From Lama glama (Eukaryota), in contig CM052816.1 in NCBI GenBank assembly GCA_028534125.1, forward strand, positions 91,762,001-91,826,000: DNA of 64,000 nucleotides, in the 5' to 3' direction. Position numbers and translations under genes: made by a program. The notes under the pieces are model-generated. The model worked only from the letters and a program-made list of their open reading frames with translations, was not told the DNA's origin and did not search any database. This document shows, in pieces, positions 50,906 through 64,000 of the stretch. Positions within the stretch are counted from its first letter, which is position 1; each line of letters starts with the position of its first letter.

Positions 50906-51518
50906 CAATCCTAGAGATATTTCTGGATGTGAAGAGCCTGATGGATTTTGCAATTTGGAAATTTAAGACTAAATCCCAGGGCCAGAGATAAACAACAACA
51001 ACAACAAAAATATAAGCCTTCCTCAATAATTATTCATCCATTTGCTTCTCAAAACATGAGAGGTCCTTAATGATCAAAACACAAAATAGCATCCCCCACT
51101 GAAGGATCATTTTCTAATTCTGCCAAGGAAACCGGCCTGGGTAGGGACCCAAACTTTGACTTCTATAGCCCTGACTGTATTTTAAGGTTCAGAGCATAAG
51201 AGGGAGAGTGCCGGAGGATGGTTTTTATCCTAAATCTATTTTCTAGTGCCACAAATTTTGGAATATTACTTTCTACAAACCCAGCTGAAACACTGTTTCT
51301 GGAAACTATAAACAGGTCGATCTGTAGGCCGATGACTGGCAAGGATCAAGTGTGCAAACTGCTTGCTGAGCTGTGCTCAGGTTTTGCCACAGGTCATCAT
51401 CGCCCTTGAGATACAGTCTGAAGTCAGCCTGCCTGGTGAGACACACTGCCCCGCCCCCATCCACCACCAGCACCATCTACTGCGCGCACTCAGTGCTGGA
51501 ATTCCACACTCAGAATAC

Positions 51519-51680
51519 AGCAGCACTTTCGCAAACTTTAATGTGCATACCAGTCCCCCAGAGAACCTGTTAAACTGCAGATCTGGCAGATGTGGAGAAG
51601 CCTGAGATTCTGCATCTCTGACAGGCTTTCAGGGATGCCACGCAGCTGGTCCTGGGTCCCACGTTGAGCGGTCCAGGGCT
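51519..51680. mobile_element. MER5A hAT MITE
   Basis: 'caaactttaatgtgcatac...ctgttaaactgcagat...cctgagattctgcatctctgacagg'. Confidence 0.8.
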
Positions 51681-52337
51681 AGATGACCAGTGTTCACAAG
51701 CTCCCGGGCACTTTCACACTTAGCCTTCTTCACAAGTGGGCATGACTCTGCCTTCCAATTCCCTCTGGGGGCCTCCTCCTCATCATGCAAAGCTTGCATC
51801 AAATATCAGGTCCTCTGTGAAGCCTCTGAAGATTAGCAGGCACGGCAGCTCCTTCCTCTGGGTCCACTGAGTTTTCGAAGTAACACATTAAAAAGAACTA
51901 GAGGTCTCCTTAATTTGTTTGTTTTCATCCTAGATGGTGCATCTGGAAGGCAAGCATTTCATTTACCGCGTCTTCTCATCCTTAACATGCTGCGCAGGAT
52001 CTGTCCCATTGTAGGTAATGAACTGGGTTTGCTGAATAAATAAAGCCGACTCAGCAGGCTGTGGTTTCAGGACTTGACGCTTTCCTCAATTTCCAAAATC
52101 AGATCATTCGTTCTGTCTCCAGTTCTTTCAGTCCCTTGTGCTGTGACTTGTTCAGACTTGTTGATTTGAACTCATTTTAAAGATTCTTTTTAAAAGATGT
52201 CATCACATTTGTGGGCCACAAGTTTAACTCACAGAGCTCTACTACAAAGAATGAAGTCCAGAGAAAGATGCCTTAGTTCAAGGCACTGAGTAGAGGCAAT
52301 ACCCTGAACCCTCTCACTTCTACAGTGATTATAATAA

Positions 52338-52972
52338 TGAACAAAGCAGGACCCTGTGGGACCTCCCCGGGTACAGACACCCTCCCCCATGTCATGTCCC
52401 AGCCTCTTGTTTGTAGAAAAGCTCCTAGGCTTTCCCTGAGTTCCAAAGAGCAACTTTAATCAGAGAAGTAAGAAAATGCAGAAACAAAGGAAAACAGTCA
52501 AGCAAGACAGAATAATCATAGTTTAGCCATAAAACAAAGTCAAGGACCTTTAGTTCCTCCTCAAGGTCTGTAGACAATATCCTGAGCCATATCCTTGAGT
52601 CGTTTTGCAGATATTAAACCCCCATCAGGTGGGAGAAGTTAACTGCTGACCACATGCACACAGATCTCCAAACTGGTTGGAACCAGAAAGTTGATGATGT
52701 TGACTCCAGAAATAACACTCAGTTACCTCACCACCAACCTGTCAAAAGAATGTCCATGAACTGATCAGGCAATGTGACACCCTCTCCCTTACCTTACTTT
52801 TAAAAACCCTTCCCTAAAAGCCATTGGAGAGTTCAGGTCTTTTGAGCATGAGCTGCCTATTCTTGCTCGGCACCCTGAGATAAGTGCTGTACTTTCCTTC
52901 ACCACAACCTGGTGTCAGCAGATTGACTTTACTGTGCACTGGGCAAGCAGATCCAAGTTTGCTTTGGTAACA
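52338..52972 (+). mobile_element. ERV1-class solo LTR, 635 bp, inserted into a MIR
   Basis: TG...TAACA termini; 4-bp TSD ATAA (52334-52337 / 52973-52976); MIR sequence resumes at 52973 ('gggttaaatgagttaatatatgta'). Confidence 0.85.
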
Positions 52973-54849
52973 ATAATAGCACCTGCCTCATCAATTCAAG
53001 GGTTAAATGAGTTAATATATGTACAGCATTTAGAACTGTGACTGACACAGGGAAAGCACTGCAGAAATATTAGCTGTTGCTTATCACTTATGCCTTTTAG
53101 CATTTATGAAGACACTCTCCTTGCTTTTGAAAGAATTAAAGACCAGCATCTGTATGGCTGTGCTTTCCCTGTCACCTGTTAAATGATGCTATCTTCTGTG
53201 ATTGCTTTATGCCTTCTTTGACGTGTTTCCCACTTCACCTTCATAACTTCAAACAACATGCCTTTGGGTAGTTTTCTTTTTCATTCCTGTCTGTTTCAGC
53301 TCATTTGTGATGCCCCTCCCACTGACACCATTCCTAAGCTTTGATACTACTTTTCTCTTGATTCTGTACCCATCTTTATCCCTTTTATATGGGCTTTAAG
53401 ATCTGAGCTCATAAGAGATCCATTCACACTGGCCCCAGTTTCTGTTTGTTGGAAATGGTCTCAATTATATGATCAGAATTTCATTTTTTATTTTTTTTTA
53501 ATTTTATAATCTTCCCCATCATTACTTTTTCTAACTTCTAAGGGATAAAACTATCAGCAGAGTGTCTAAATTTATCAGATTCTTTTTATTAGCAGAGTAA
53601 GAATAAAGCATTTGAGGAGCTGAGTGACCCATGACAACCTATCTTTTCTGTCTGCCAAGATACAAGGCTGTGTCATTTATGCATTCAATACCTATAAAAA
53701 CAAGCTATTTCTGCTTCTTTCTCCTTTTATCATAAGGAAAATGCACCATTTCTAATTTCAAATATGTGGATTTCTGATTAATTATACAACATATCATTTT
53801 TAAATTGTATTCTCCCCAATTTTTCTGTTGCATCTGTTACTTTTGAAAAAATAAAAGTATATTTCATCCTACCAAATTTAAAGACATCAAAACTGGCAAT
53901 CGTAAAGGATGTGATGCTATCTGATCCATGCAAGAAAAAACACTGCAGAACACTAATCAGAAACCACATATTCAAAGAGAAGGTTTTAACCTAACTTCAA
54001 AAGACTGGAAAATGAATGAATATGTTTTGAGTTAAAAGAAAACATTTATACCCTACATATTAATTTTTAAATGATTCCCTGTTTCAATCTGTTTCTTTCT
54101 AATATTTGCCAACCATAAATTGGCCCCTGTCACCACGAGCAAAAAGTCTTGCATGATTAATGCAACCAGCACACACTTAATCCTAAAATGCAAATACTAA
54201 AGAGTTGACAAATAAATAGTGACAAGATTTTATGAACGAGCAGCCACATCAGGGATTTTAACAGACTGTTAAAATATTGCTATATCCAGGTCCTCAGCTG
54301 TCACATATTAAATGAGCAAATGAGAATGACTTCGACCTCCGGCTCAGTCTACGAAATTCAGCCCTGCAGTTCCAGGTGTTGTTTTTTCATTAAAAAAAAA
54401 AAAAAGTCCAAGGGTGACACAAAGGAAAAATAAACGTGCTAATGTAAGAGATCGTGTTCTAGAAAAGATGCTTTTCAATATAGGAGTTGGAAAGGATCAG
54501 TATTTTTTCCAATTTCCAATTCTTCGTAATACTTTGTAAAATAGAACAAAAACAAAGAAAAGCATAAAATGTTACCAAAAAAAAAAAAAAAGACAGAAAA
54601 TACAAGCCCAGGCTCATCCCTCTGGATGTCACAGCATGTTAAGTTGTTAGAAAAGATCCTAATAACTCCTAATTTCTGTATTTACCTTGATACAGGCAAG
54701 TAGTTCAGACTTATCACTGACTACACTTTATCACTTCTCTATCATAAAGGAAAAAGTGTGACTGAAAATGAGTCAGAACCATACTAGCCCCAAGCACTGC
54801 TACGTCTTACCTGCCCCACAACTGACATCTAATAGGCTTCCCTTACTGC

Positions 54850-55110
54850 CCACTCCCAGGATCACACAGCTGCCAGAGCAGGTCTGTCTCTGTTCACAGT
54901 CCTCAAGGGCTCCTCCTTGCTCTTAGAATAAATCCTTATTCTGCACATGGCCTAGAAGATCCTACAAGAACTGGCCATGCCTGCTTATCCAGTGTCATCA
55001 TTTCTCCCTTCTGCCATCATCTTGCAAATACAAGTAGGTCATTGCTCAGAAAAGCTCTAAGCTTCCTCTAGGTCCAAGACCTTCCCACAGGTTAGACCCT
55101 CATCGTGGAA
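54850..55110 (-). mobile_element. L2 fragment
   Basis: 'ttgctcttagaataaatcc...catggcctagaagatcctaca...ctggcc'. Confidence 0.6.
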
Positions 55111-55134
55111 TCATGCAGCACCACCTGTCCACCC

Positions 55135-56121
55135 TACAGATTAAAACTGGCTGCAAACACATCAACATTCATCCCATGGAGTGGTAGAGTCAGTGCCCTT
55201 ACCCTGAAATCCAGGTGGCTCTGGGATCACTGTGACTAATAGAATATGGTAGAAGCAATGCTGTGCCAATATCTGAACCCAGAATTAAAGAAACTGGAAG
55301 CTTCCACTTTCTGTCTCTTGAAAGATTCTTTCTGGAACCCTGAGCAACCATATAAGAAGTCTGGTTAGCCTGAAACCATCCTGCTAGAGAGGTCACCTGT
55401 AGGCTCTCCAACTGACAGTCTAGGCACTCCAGGCAAGGTTCAGGCACATACCGTTAACCTCCCAGACCAGCTTATTCACCAGCGGAATACCACCAGTGAC
55501 CTCAGTTCATGTCACAGGGAACAAAAGAATTATAGACAAGCCCTATCCAAATGTCTGATTGAAAAAAACGTGGAATATAACACAATGGTTGTTGTTTTAA
55601 GTGACTAAATATAAAAGCAGAATAATGGCTTTCCCAAAGATGTCCACATCCTAATCCCCAGAACCTTGAACATCAAGTTACTTTCTATGGTAAAAGGGAC
55701 TTTGCTGATGTGATGAAGATTGAGAGGTGGGGATATAATCCTGGATTATCCAGGTGGGCAAAAAGTCATCACAAAGGTCCTTATAAGAGGGAAGCAGAAG
55801 GATCAGAGTCAGAGAGAGACACAGAGAGAGATCAGAAGATGCTGCTGGTTTTGAAGATGAAGGAAGAGACCATGAACCAAGCTGGGAAAAGCAAGGAATG
55901 GATTCTCCCCTAGAGCCTTGGGAAGAAACATGGTCCTGCTAACATCTTGACTTCAGTCCTCTGAAACTCAACATGGGGCTTTGAGACCCCCCAGGACTAT
56001 AAGATAATAAGTTTGTGTTGTCTTAAACTACTAAATTAGTAGTGAGTTGTTACCGTAGCAACAGGAAATTAATGCATTTAGTTTGAGGGTAAACTGCTAC
56101 ATAATAACTGACAAGCAGAAC
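55135..56121 (+). mobile_element. MLT1F/G-like LTR (outer element)
   Basis: 'gtgactaatagaatatggtagaag', 'aaactggaagcttccactttctgtctcttg'; 3' end split by the inner LTR. Confidence 0.8.
55610..56076 (+). mobile_element. MLT1D-like LTR nested in the outer MLT1
   Basis: 'cccaaagatgtccacatcctaatccccagaacc', 'ctggattatccaggtgggc', end 'gcaacaggaaattaatgca'. Confidence 0.88.
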
Positions 56122-56831
56122 ACAACGTTCCCCTGCCATCACAACCCCCCACATAACCGTGTTCACACAAATTTTTACCTTGCTTTATCCTGTTCATCAC
56201 TCAGACCTGGACTCACAGTTTTACTTCCAGGCATGTACTGAAGAATACATCCTCAGCATGTAATTTATGTCTAAGATTATATAATATCTGTGTCCCTACA
56301 AGATGAAAAGTTCCAGAAGGTCAGGTGTATTTGGCTCATCAAGGAATTCTGCATGCATAATACTTGGCATTCAGTAAATATTCGATGTAAATGAATACAG
56401 AATAAAGTAGAATATATGTAATGTATTGGAACCTTAGATTGTAAAAATACATAAAGAAGACAAATTGTGTTAGAATTGTGTTCAATTAATGGGAAAAAAA
56501 TTTTAAGAATAAAAAAGTTTTAAAACTGACTATTTAAAAAGTGAAAGTAAATGATGGCTGCATAGACGGGTGCTGAACGCATATTTGAGTATCAAGGATG
56601 AAAAATAGCAAGCTTGACCCTTAACAACCACGCTTTACCAAAAATCTTAACCAACAGTGAAAAAAAAATGAAAGAACTGAATTTTTAGTCATGTCACATT
56701 CAACAAAATTCCAAAATAAACTGGTCAAAGAGTCATTTTCACCCTTAAAAAAAGCAGCAGTGAATTTTTTATAAATTGCCTCTTTAACATGGAAAGTTGG
56801 ACAACACTGGAAAATACAAAAAAGAAAACTA

Positions 56832-56930
56832 CAGTCATGTCTTGGTATTTGTAGGAGATGGGTTCCAGGAGCCTGCACATGTAGCAAAAATTATGGATTC
56901 TCAAGTCCCTCACATAAAATGATGTAGCAC
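56832..56930 (+). mobile_element. MER2/Tigger-type DNA transposon terminal fragment
   Basis: TA followed by 'cagtc...ttggtatttgtaggagatgggttccagga...ggattctcaagtccctcacataaaatg'. Confidence 0.7.
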
Positions 56931-57059
56931 GTGATCTGCAATTCCAAGACCCAGTAATAACCGTTGATATCAGCTTGAAATATATCCCCTCGGTCTTTTT
57001 CCCCTTAAAATATAATCCTATGCACAACTGGGATCACATAAGAAATGCTCCTTCATAAT

Positions 57060-57351
57060 AGATTCACAGACATAGAAAACAAACTGTAGTTTCGGAAAAG
57101 AGGGAGGGAGGAATAGACTAGGAGTTTGGGATTAAAAGATTCACATTACTATACGTAAAACAGAAAAACAACAAAGACCCACCATATAGCACAGGGAACT
57201 ATATTCAATTTCTTGCAATGAGCCATAATAGAAAACAAACTGAAAAAATATATATGTATGTATGTATAACTGAATCTCTTCGCTGTACACCTGAAACTAA
57301 CACTGTAAATCGACTACACTTCAATTAAAGATAAGAACTATTTTTACAAAT
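57060..57351 (+). mobile_element. Artiodactyl L1 3' UTR
   Basis: 'cacagacatagaaaacaaact...tatagcacagggaactatattcaa'; 19-bp TSD agaaatgct(c/a)cttcataat at 57041-57059 / 57352-57370. Confidence 0.95.
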
Positions 57352-59744
57352 AGAAATGCTACTTCATAATCTTGATTTTTCATAAATATTTTCCCACAAC
57401 ATTAAATGTTGTTTGCTAACATGTTTTCAAGAGCTAAACAGGAAGTTGACGTACAGATGTCTCAATAAAACATTTCACCAACATTTTTATATTATAAAAG
57501 TTAAAAGCATATATCTACAAATAAAACTTAGATTTGTAAGGAGACTTCCTAGTGTGAAATTCCTAGGTCAAAGCATGGAAACATATTTTAAGGCTCTTGA
57601 TTCACATACATCGGCACTTCTGATTGCAAGGTATGATAAAAGGCATTTGAGAAATAAAATAGACTACGTGAAGATTAACAACAAAGACTAATACATCAAA
57701 AGGACTGAGAAGTCGAGCAAGAAAAAGAAACCTGTGTTGAACTGCAAGAGAGGTATTTTTAACAATATAAAGATATTTCTCTACCCTATACAGCAGGCAG
57801 TACCCCAGGCACCCACTGGTAGTCTTCAGCTTCATGACAACTTCTGTTTCTATGATTGGAAAGGTTCTTCTACCTCAAGATCATAAAACAATTTATCTAT
57901 ATATAATTTGAACATTTAACTCTTTCATCCATCAAAAGCATATTTTGGCATCAGGAACACGTGAGGTCCTCCATGTTCTTTTTTTAAAAAATGAGAAGTT
58001 GATATTTCTGTTAGGAGATATTGACAAGGCTTAGCGTCCTTATCCATTTCCAATGCCATTTTTATCAGACCCTAAATTGCCATATAGAACTAAATCTCCC
58101 TTGAGCTCTCTGTTCCATTACACCAGGCTCTACCATACCACACTTCTTAAATATTTGCAAATGTATAATATATTTTCATGACTTGAAGGAAATGTTACTT
58201 TCATTACACGTTTCCAATTTTTTCCGGGATATCCTCATATGTACATGTATTTCATTTAACAAATGAGTTCAACATACATAAGTAATTCAACATCCATACT
58301 GTTATACAGATGTAACTGAAGTGACTTCATTGTCCACAAATGGTAGGTACTTAGAGATGTTGGATTTATTCTTCTAGGTAAAGAAAGTACAATTTGGTCA
58401 AGTTTCAAAATTTGAATCTTATTGGGATTTCCAGAAGAATTATGTTGAATTCATTGGGGGAGACTTTTCCATACAAAGTCCCAGAACAAGGCAGGAGATG
58501 GAACTTACATAAAGGGCTGTGATCAAGCTGATGAAACTAAACCAGCTAATATGCACAGGGACTCACACTGTATATAATTTTTAAATGTAATCCTCATAAC
58601 TAACACATAAAGTGGACACTAGTATGATTCCTGGTTTACAGAGAAGTAAATTAAAGCTAAGTAACTTGTGTCACACATACATGGGGAGTTACAAAATCAT
58701 ACAATTTTTTTTGTTGTTTTTTCCCTTTTCATTCGGAGTAAATGAAAAATTCAACCTCCAACTTCTTTTACCAACTGCATCCATTAACCAGAACTCAGCT
58801 TTCTGTAAAGTTCTGTGATTGGATGAATTCACTTCCCAATCTCCGTCCTGATCAGTTCCAATCCAGGTAAACAAAACACATGAACTCTGTAGTTTCTTAG
58901 TATCCAAGAAACAGAACACAGTTTGCAAAAGAGAATCTGAGGTCAAGGCTGGTTCCAGGATAATTCTTTGGGGAAAAGAAAGGAAAGAACAATATTATTT
59001 TATTTTTTAGGAATGGTTTTTCTAACATTTTCTTCATAACAAGTCCATGAACCCCCCAAAATATGAGCACATTTATACTGGCCAATTCAGCCATATTTTG
59101 TGCCAATAAAATGAAACTTACTTCTCCAATTCCACCAGTTAAAGAACCACATGACCTAATTTGGTATTTTGAGATGTCAGTGAATAAAGAATTGAAATAA
59201 CTCACTGTATTGAGGTTAAAAGAGATTAAAAAGGGATTTAATAAAATTAAACTGGTGGACAGGAAAGAACATATTTTCCTCTTCCCTTAAAATTTATGGG
59301 GAGGGTTGCTGAATAGCCCTAGAATTCTAGATTTCTAAGTTTATTTCATTTGCTGATCTAAAATGTAAAAAAGTTTCTGAGAGAAACTGGTTATTTACAG
59401 AGCTCGTATTTAGACAACTTAACAATCTTTTGGTTTAAAAATGTTAAAACGTATGAAAACATAGAAACTAGAAATACCTTCTCTTCCATGTTCCTGCCAA
59501 TACGTCTATTCTACTTTAAAAAGGTGTTGCTCCTTTAACACAAAAGGAAACTAACAACAAACCAATGGCCAATATTCCCATAATGTGCCTCAAGTTTCCC
59601 TAAGCAACAGCATTATTCTTTCTCCTAAAAAGTAACTATTCTTCTCAAACATTACATTGGTTTTTGCAAAGCTTTTGCGGTCTTAGTCTTTATGACGATA
59701 GTTGGAAATCAAGAGGGCCATTCCTTCTTAAATCTTCAACAGTG

Positions 59745-59900
59745 ACCTATTCATCCTTCCAATAAACACTTATCAAATGTTTATTATATGTTAAGTACTA
59801 TGGTAGCCATGGGGTATACAAAGCTGGAGAAAACACGGCTCTTTCCTCAAAGAAGTTCAAGCTAGTGTGGAAATGACATGTGGAGGTATGAACTGAAGCA
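59745..59900 (-). mobile_element. L2 3' fragment
   Basis: 'attcatccttccaataaacacttatcaaatgtttattatatg'. Confidence 0.55.
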
Positions 59901-62646
59901 CACACAAAATTCTTATGCAGTTGATATCTTGATTGAACTGGAGCTCATCACTTGTCACTGCTACCGAGCATGAACATCTGAGTACATTATTTGGAGAACC
60001 AATGGGGAAGGCCCAACAGAAGTGGTAAGTTTGTTTGCTGAGTAATAGAAAAATCTTACTAGCAAATGAAATTTCATACTATAAGAATATATGTAATGTG
60101 CAAGAGTTTATAATATACAATGTTATAAATCGGTAAAATCAGTGTGTACTGTTACCTCAAAAAATACTTTTACTTCTGCTCTCATTTTCCTAAAAGTGAG
60201 CCCACAGCATCAGGAACCCTTTGCTTGATTCCCAGATTTATGTCTTGAACATCTTTCTCCACTAAAATGGCCCAGACTCTTTAGGCACATGACTTAGTCT
60301 GTGTCTTAGGCAGAAAAAAGAAAATAGAGTGGATCAGGAACATTCTTTTGTGGCCAGAAAGCAAGGATGGTTTCATAGCAGGAAGGACGTGCTAGAATGG
60401 CAAAGGAGCTGCCTAAAGGTGTTGCACAGAAGTTGTGAAAAGCCAAGCATCACAAAGAGAATAATACTTATTAATAATCAGAACAAAGTGAGTCCATAAT
60501 CAGATTCAAAAGAGAAAAGGTAATATAAATTGCTAAGTTAGTACAAGTTATAAAGAACACTTTTATATACAACAGAAGATAAACATAAATTTGTGCTCAG
60601 TGTAATAATCAAGGAGTGTTAACTGATGGATTCTTCAGAAGTCAGCTTTAGTTACATCTGTGTAAGTCAGGTGACTACAAAGAAAGCAAGTGAACAGTCT
60701 CAAAAGTCAGCCCTTGGCTGATATCTATAGGAAATCCACTCCCTCCACGCATTTGGTGAGTTTGGTAAAGACTGACTTCAGGGACCCAGGAAGGCATCAC
60801 TTTGGGCATCCCTACCTCACAGCTGTTGGACTATCTCACCGGCTCCACTCTCACTGCTTTCCACCATCTCCCTCTTCACTCTCCTGGGTTCCCTCTGTGT
60901 CTCCTTCCTTTGAAGCCCAGCATCTCTCTACTGCACAGAGAAACCGAGTTTTTTAAACCCTACATCAGGAAACTCACATACTCAAACACATGCAGTTATT
61001 TGGAAGAACAAAAGCCCTTCAGCGAACCGGGGGCCCACCCAACCTGGGAAGGCAGACACAGTTATAAACAGCAGAAAGTCTCCTAGTTACATTTAAAATT
61101 ATTAACTGTGTTACTATGTGCTTTCCACAGACTGCATTCTTTATAATAATTCTTCAATCATATCTTAATGGTCACAAATAATTTCTAAATTACCTGTATA
61201 TTATTCCCTCCATAATGTGGATTTTCTATGTTTTTCAGGAATATATAGGATGTAAAGGAATGTCCTTTACTCAAGTGCTTTTCTCTCATTATTTGTTAAT
61301 CAGTCTAACAGCCTTGAGAAGTCAGGGACTTCCTGAGGAAGTTAGTTTATCCTCAGGAAGTTATTTCCCAGTCAAAGAGGAATAAACAGACATGCTAACC
61401 TGATTTTTAAGGTCGGACTGTGTCCGTGACTCTAACGAGCAAACATTTCCAGAATCAAGATGTTTGTCCTAAAATGTTGGTTCCCAACCTCCTCCATATT
61501 CCTTCTTTGCCTTAGATGAGCTCAGAAATTGGTCCTTTAGTGTAAAACCTTCCAAATAACGCAAAGAAAGGTGGTGGGTACACAGTATTATGGAATGATA
61601 GCCTGTTTGTCCCTGACAACTCCAATTATATGCGATCCATGGAAATCCTTGCACAAGGAATGTGTGGCCCCTCCATAACTAATCGTTTTAGTGAAAGACT
61701 GGATGTCTTTAAGGCACGTTTCGACCTTATTCAGTGTTGCCAGAGGAGGGTCTGTTTAGAAGACTTCACTTTTCCCCAAGTGAGTCCAAATGGATTTTTC
61801 CAAACTCTTCACAGTCTTAGGTGCCATGCTGTATCCTCCTCTCCACCCTCCACCTTCTACCACACAGCCAAAGCCAAGCCCCAGGCTACCACGATGCTTT
61901 TCCCCAACTCCTCCAGCTATAGCACCTCTTCAAACCACTAGCTGGGACACAATCCCAAACCATCCCAAATTACTATTTAACTGTTTCACAAGTGTTTATT
62001 TCCCCCAGTAATTGCCAAGGTTCTGGAAGCACCAGATCCTGTCATAAAATCAGATTCTTCGGGGAACTAAACAGCTAACAGCAATATTGCGAAGGATGAC
62101 TGTTTATGGCATTAGAGGATGAGGGAGACTCGAGAGGGGCAGGCTGGATGGGCCACTTCAATCCATTAAATTAAACCCAAAATCAGTTCTGAAAATTCTT
62201 CAGGTAGAAGAAAACATATCTGAGGGTAGGGCTCATTCTCTGTGCTACCAGTTTGTGACTAGCATACATTTTGTAGCCCCATTTTATACAGTGCCTAAAC
62301 AAGTGTATTTAACCTAGATTAATGACATCCTTTAATAAATTCCCATTTGGTTAAATTAATGAAATTACTGAAATTACTGATAAGATATCTTCAGAATGAT
62401 TCAAGCCTCTATTACAAATACATTTAGTTGTACTTAGATAAACCATTAGCTTAAATGTACTAATTATTTATTGAGTATTTTTTTTTTACAAATGACAAAA
62501 CATAGGTGAGGGAAATAAGCATAGAATAATCTGATACGTGGGATTAGAATATCGAAGATCTAACATTTTCTCCCTCCCAACTCTACATAAAGGCACTGAG
62601 AGACTCTGGATGCCTCAGTTAAGTATTACTTGAAGATATTCTTAAA

Positions 62647-62705
62647 CACACATACACACATACACACACACACATACATACACACACACATACACACACA
62701 CACAC
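62647..62705 (+). repeat. (CA)n/(CATA) compound microsatellite
   Basis: Directly visible. Confidence 0.95.
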
Positions 62706-64000
62706 AGAGAAACCTAATTTCCTTCTAAGACTATTAAATGACATTTTTGCCATTCTGGGTAATTCATTTGGGAAGATAATTCCCTCAAGAAATTAAACTT
62801 GAGTCTTGAGTTCTCGAGTCTGGGATGGTATTTATGACTTCAGTGTACATTTCTGGGCTTACATAACCATTTTGTGGATACTGAGTTGATGAGCTTTTCT
62901 CTGCTTAAGCTAATCCTCAGATTAAAATTCGACTTCTTTATTAAATTGGGCACATTGAACCTATAAAATGCTCAAATCGCCAAAGGTAATTGGTGCAGTT
63001 TTTCAAAAGTCACCTAACTTACAATTAAGCAGTAGCTTCAGCAATAAAGGAAACTTGATCAGGAAGCAGTAAGTTGCTAATTTAATTACCAAAACGCGTT
63101 AAGCTTCAAATGCTAAAGCCTTGCAAAGCATTCTTAAATGATCCTGAAGTTTTCAGAGATAAAGTTTAAAATTTAATTTTTAGAGGCAAAACAAACCTCT
63201 ATCCTAATCAATTATCACCTTCCTCATACACTGAGTAAAAGCTAAAAGCCATTTCTGATTTTGGAATCTCTCCCTCTCCATAAGGTGCCCCACCCCACTG
63301 TCCAATTTGGATAAATGTCATTTTATAACTATTCTTCAGGGGATTTCTTCAGTGTCATTTTCTTTCTCTAGTTCTTTATATTCCTCTTCTTGTGTTATCA
63401 CTCCATTTGGTGTTGTGTCAAAGACAGAATTTCATTCAACTGTAATAGACTGCTTCAGGGTCCATTTCCAGTCTTCCAAGGCACATGGTCTGAGATTGAG
63501 ATCTACCACTTGTCTGCATTTCCAGCTACAGAATAATTCCACGGCCCAGGTTTAAAGGGAAAACAGGCAATACCACTACTCAGCACTTTTCTCTTACATA
63601 CACTAGAGATCCTGTATCATGATTAACTTACATGTCAATTTCAAACCCTAACTCTGGTGCAGCCTTTTAGGGCAGTTACGGTAACTGAGAAACTAAACCT
63701 TCAACAGTGCAATAGAAAAGCAGCTTGGAGTGTTGACTTTTGCTTTCCATAAATGAGGATTTGAAGTCAACTTCTAAGACGATACATGTTTCCGTGTGTA
63801 AAACTAGCAATCTAGACACGATTATGAGTTGATATTTGAAAAGGTATTTCTCTTAAGGACTTTCAAAATACATCCTGATATAAACTTATAACAATGATTC
63901 GTATGAAACTCTCAGTAGTTTTGCATGACAATTTTACAAAACAATTAAGTATAAATCTTAGACAGAACTCAGGGCTCAAAGCTCATCTTTGCCACTTACT

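Noticed and set aside
59921..60024. Plus-strand 104-nt exon candidate
   Set aside because: Stops in all frames, short pyrimidine tract, adjacent to L2 sequence
1..64000. CRISPR arrays, tRNA/rRNA/snRNA genes, processed pseudogenes, CpG island or another novel system
   Set aside because: No repeat-spacer array, recognisable RNA gene, retrocopy ORF or CpG-dense region was seen; the structure is explained by known mammalian repeats plus unique non-coding DNA

Overview
AT-rich placental-mammal genomic DNA, intronic or intergenic in character. I recognised no cellular protein-coding gene, RNA gene or CpG island. The window is a layered transposable-element landscape: ancient MIR, L2, CR1/L3, hAT (MER20, MER5) and MaLR/ERVL LTRs, older L1M copies, two ERV1-type solo LTRs with intact 4-bp TSDs, and several younger 5'-truncated L1 insertions with readable TSDs. 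The young L1 3' UTRs resemble artiodactyl/camelid L1. I saw no Alu, Bov-A/Bov-tA, PRE-1, B1/B2 or Can-SINE, so a camelid source is my best but unverified inference. The only ORFs with recognisable homology are L1 ORF2 C-terminal remnants. Items worth follow-up are modest: three twin-primed (5'-inverted) L1s, a candidate short L1 3' transduction, nested insertions, a possible minus-strand spliced non-coding transcript, and several enhancer-like unique segments. I found no support for a novel biological system. Repeat family names are from pattern recall, not a database search. Boundaries without TSDs are approximate.
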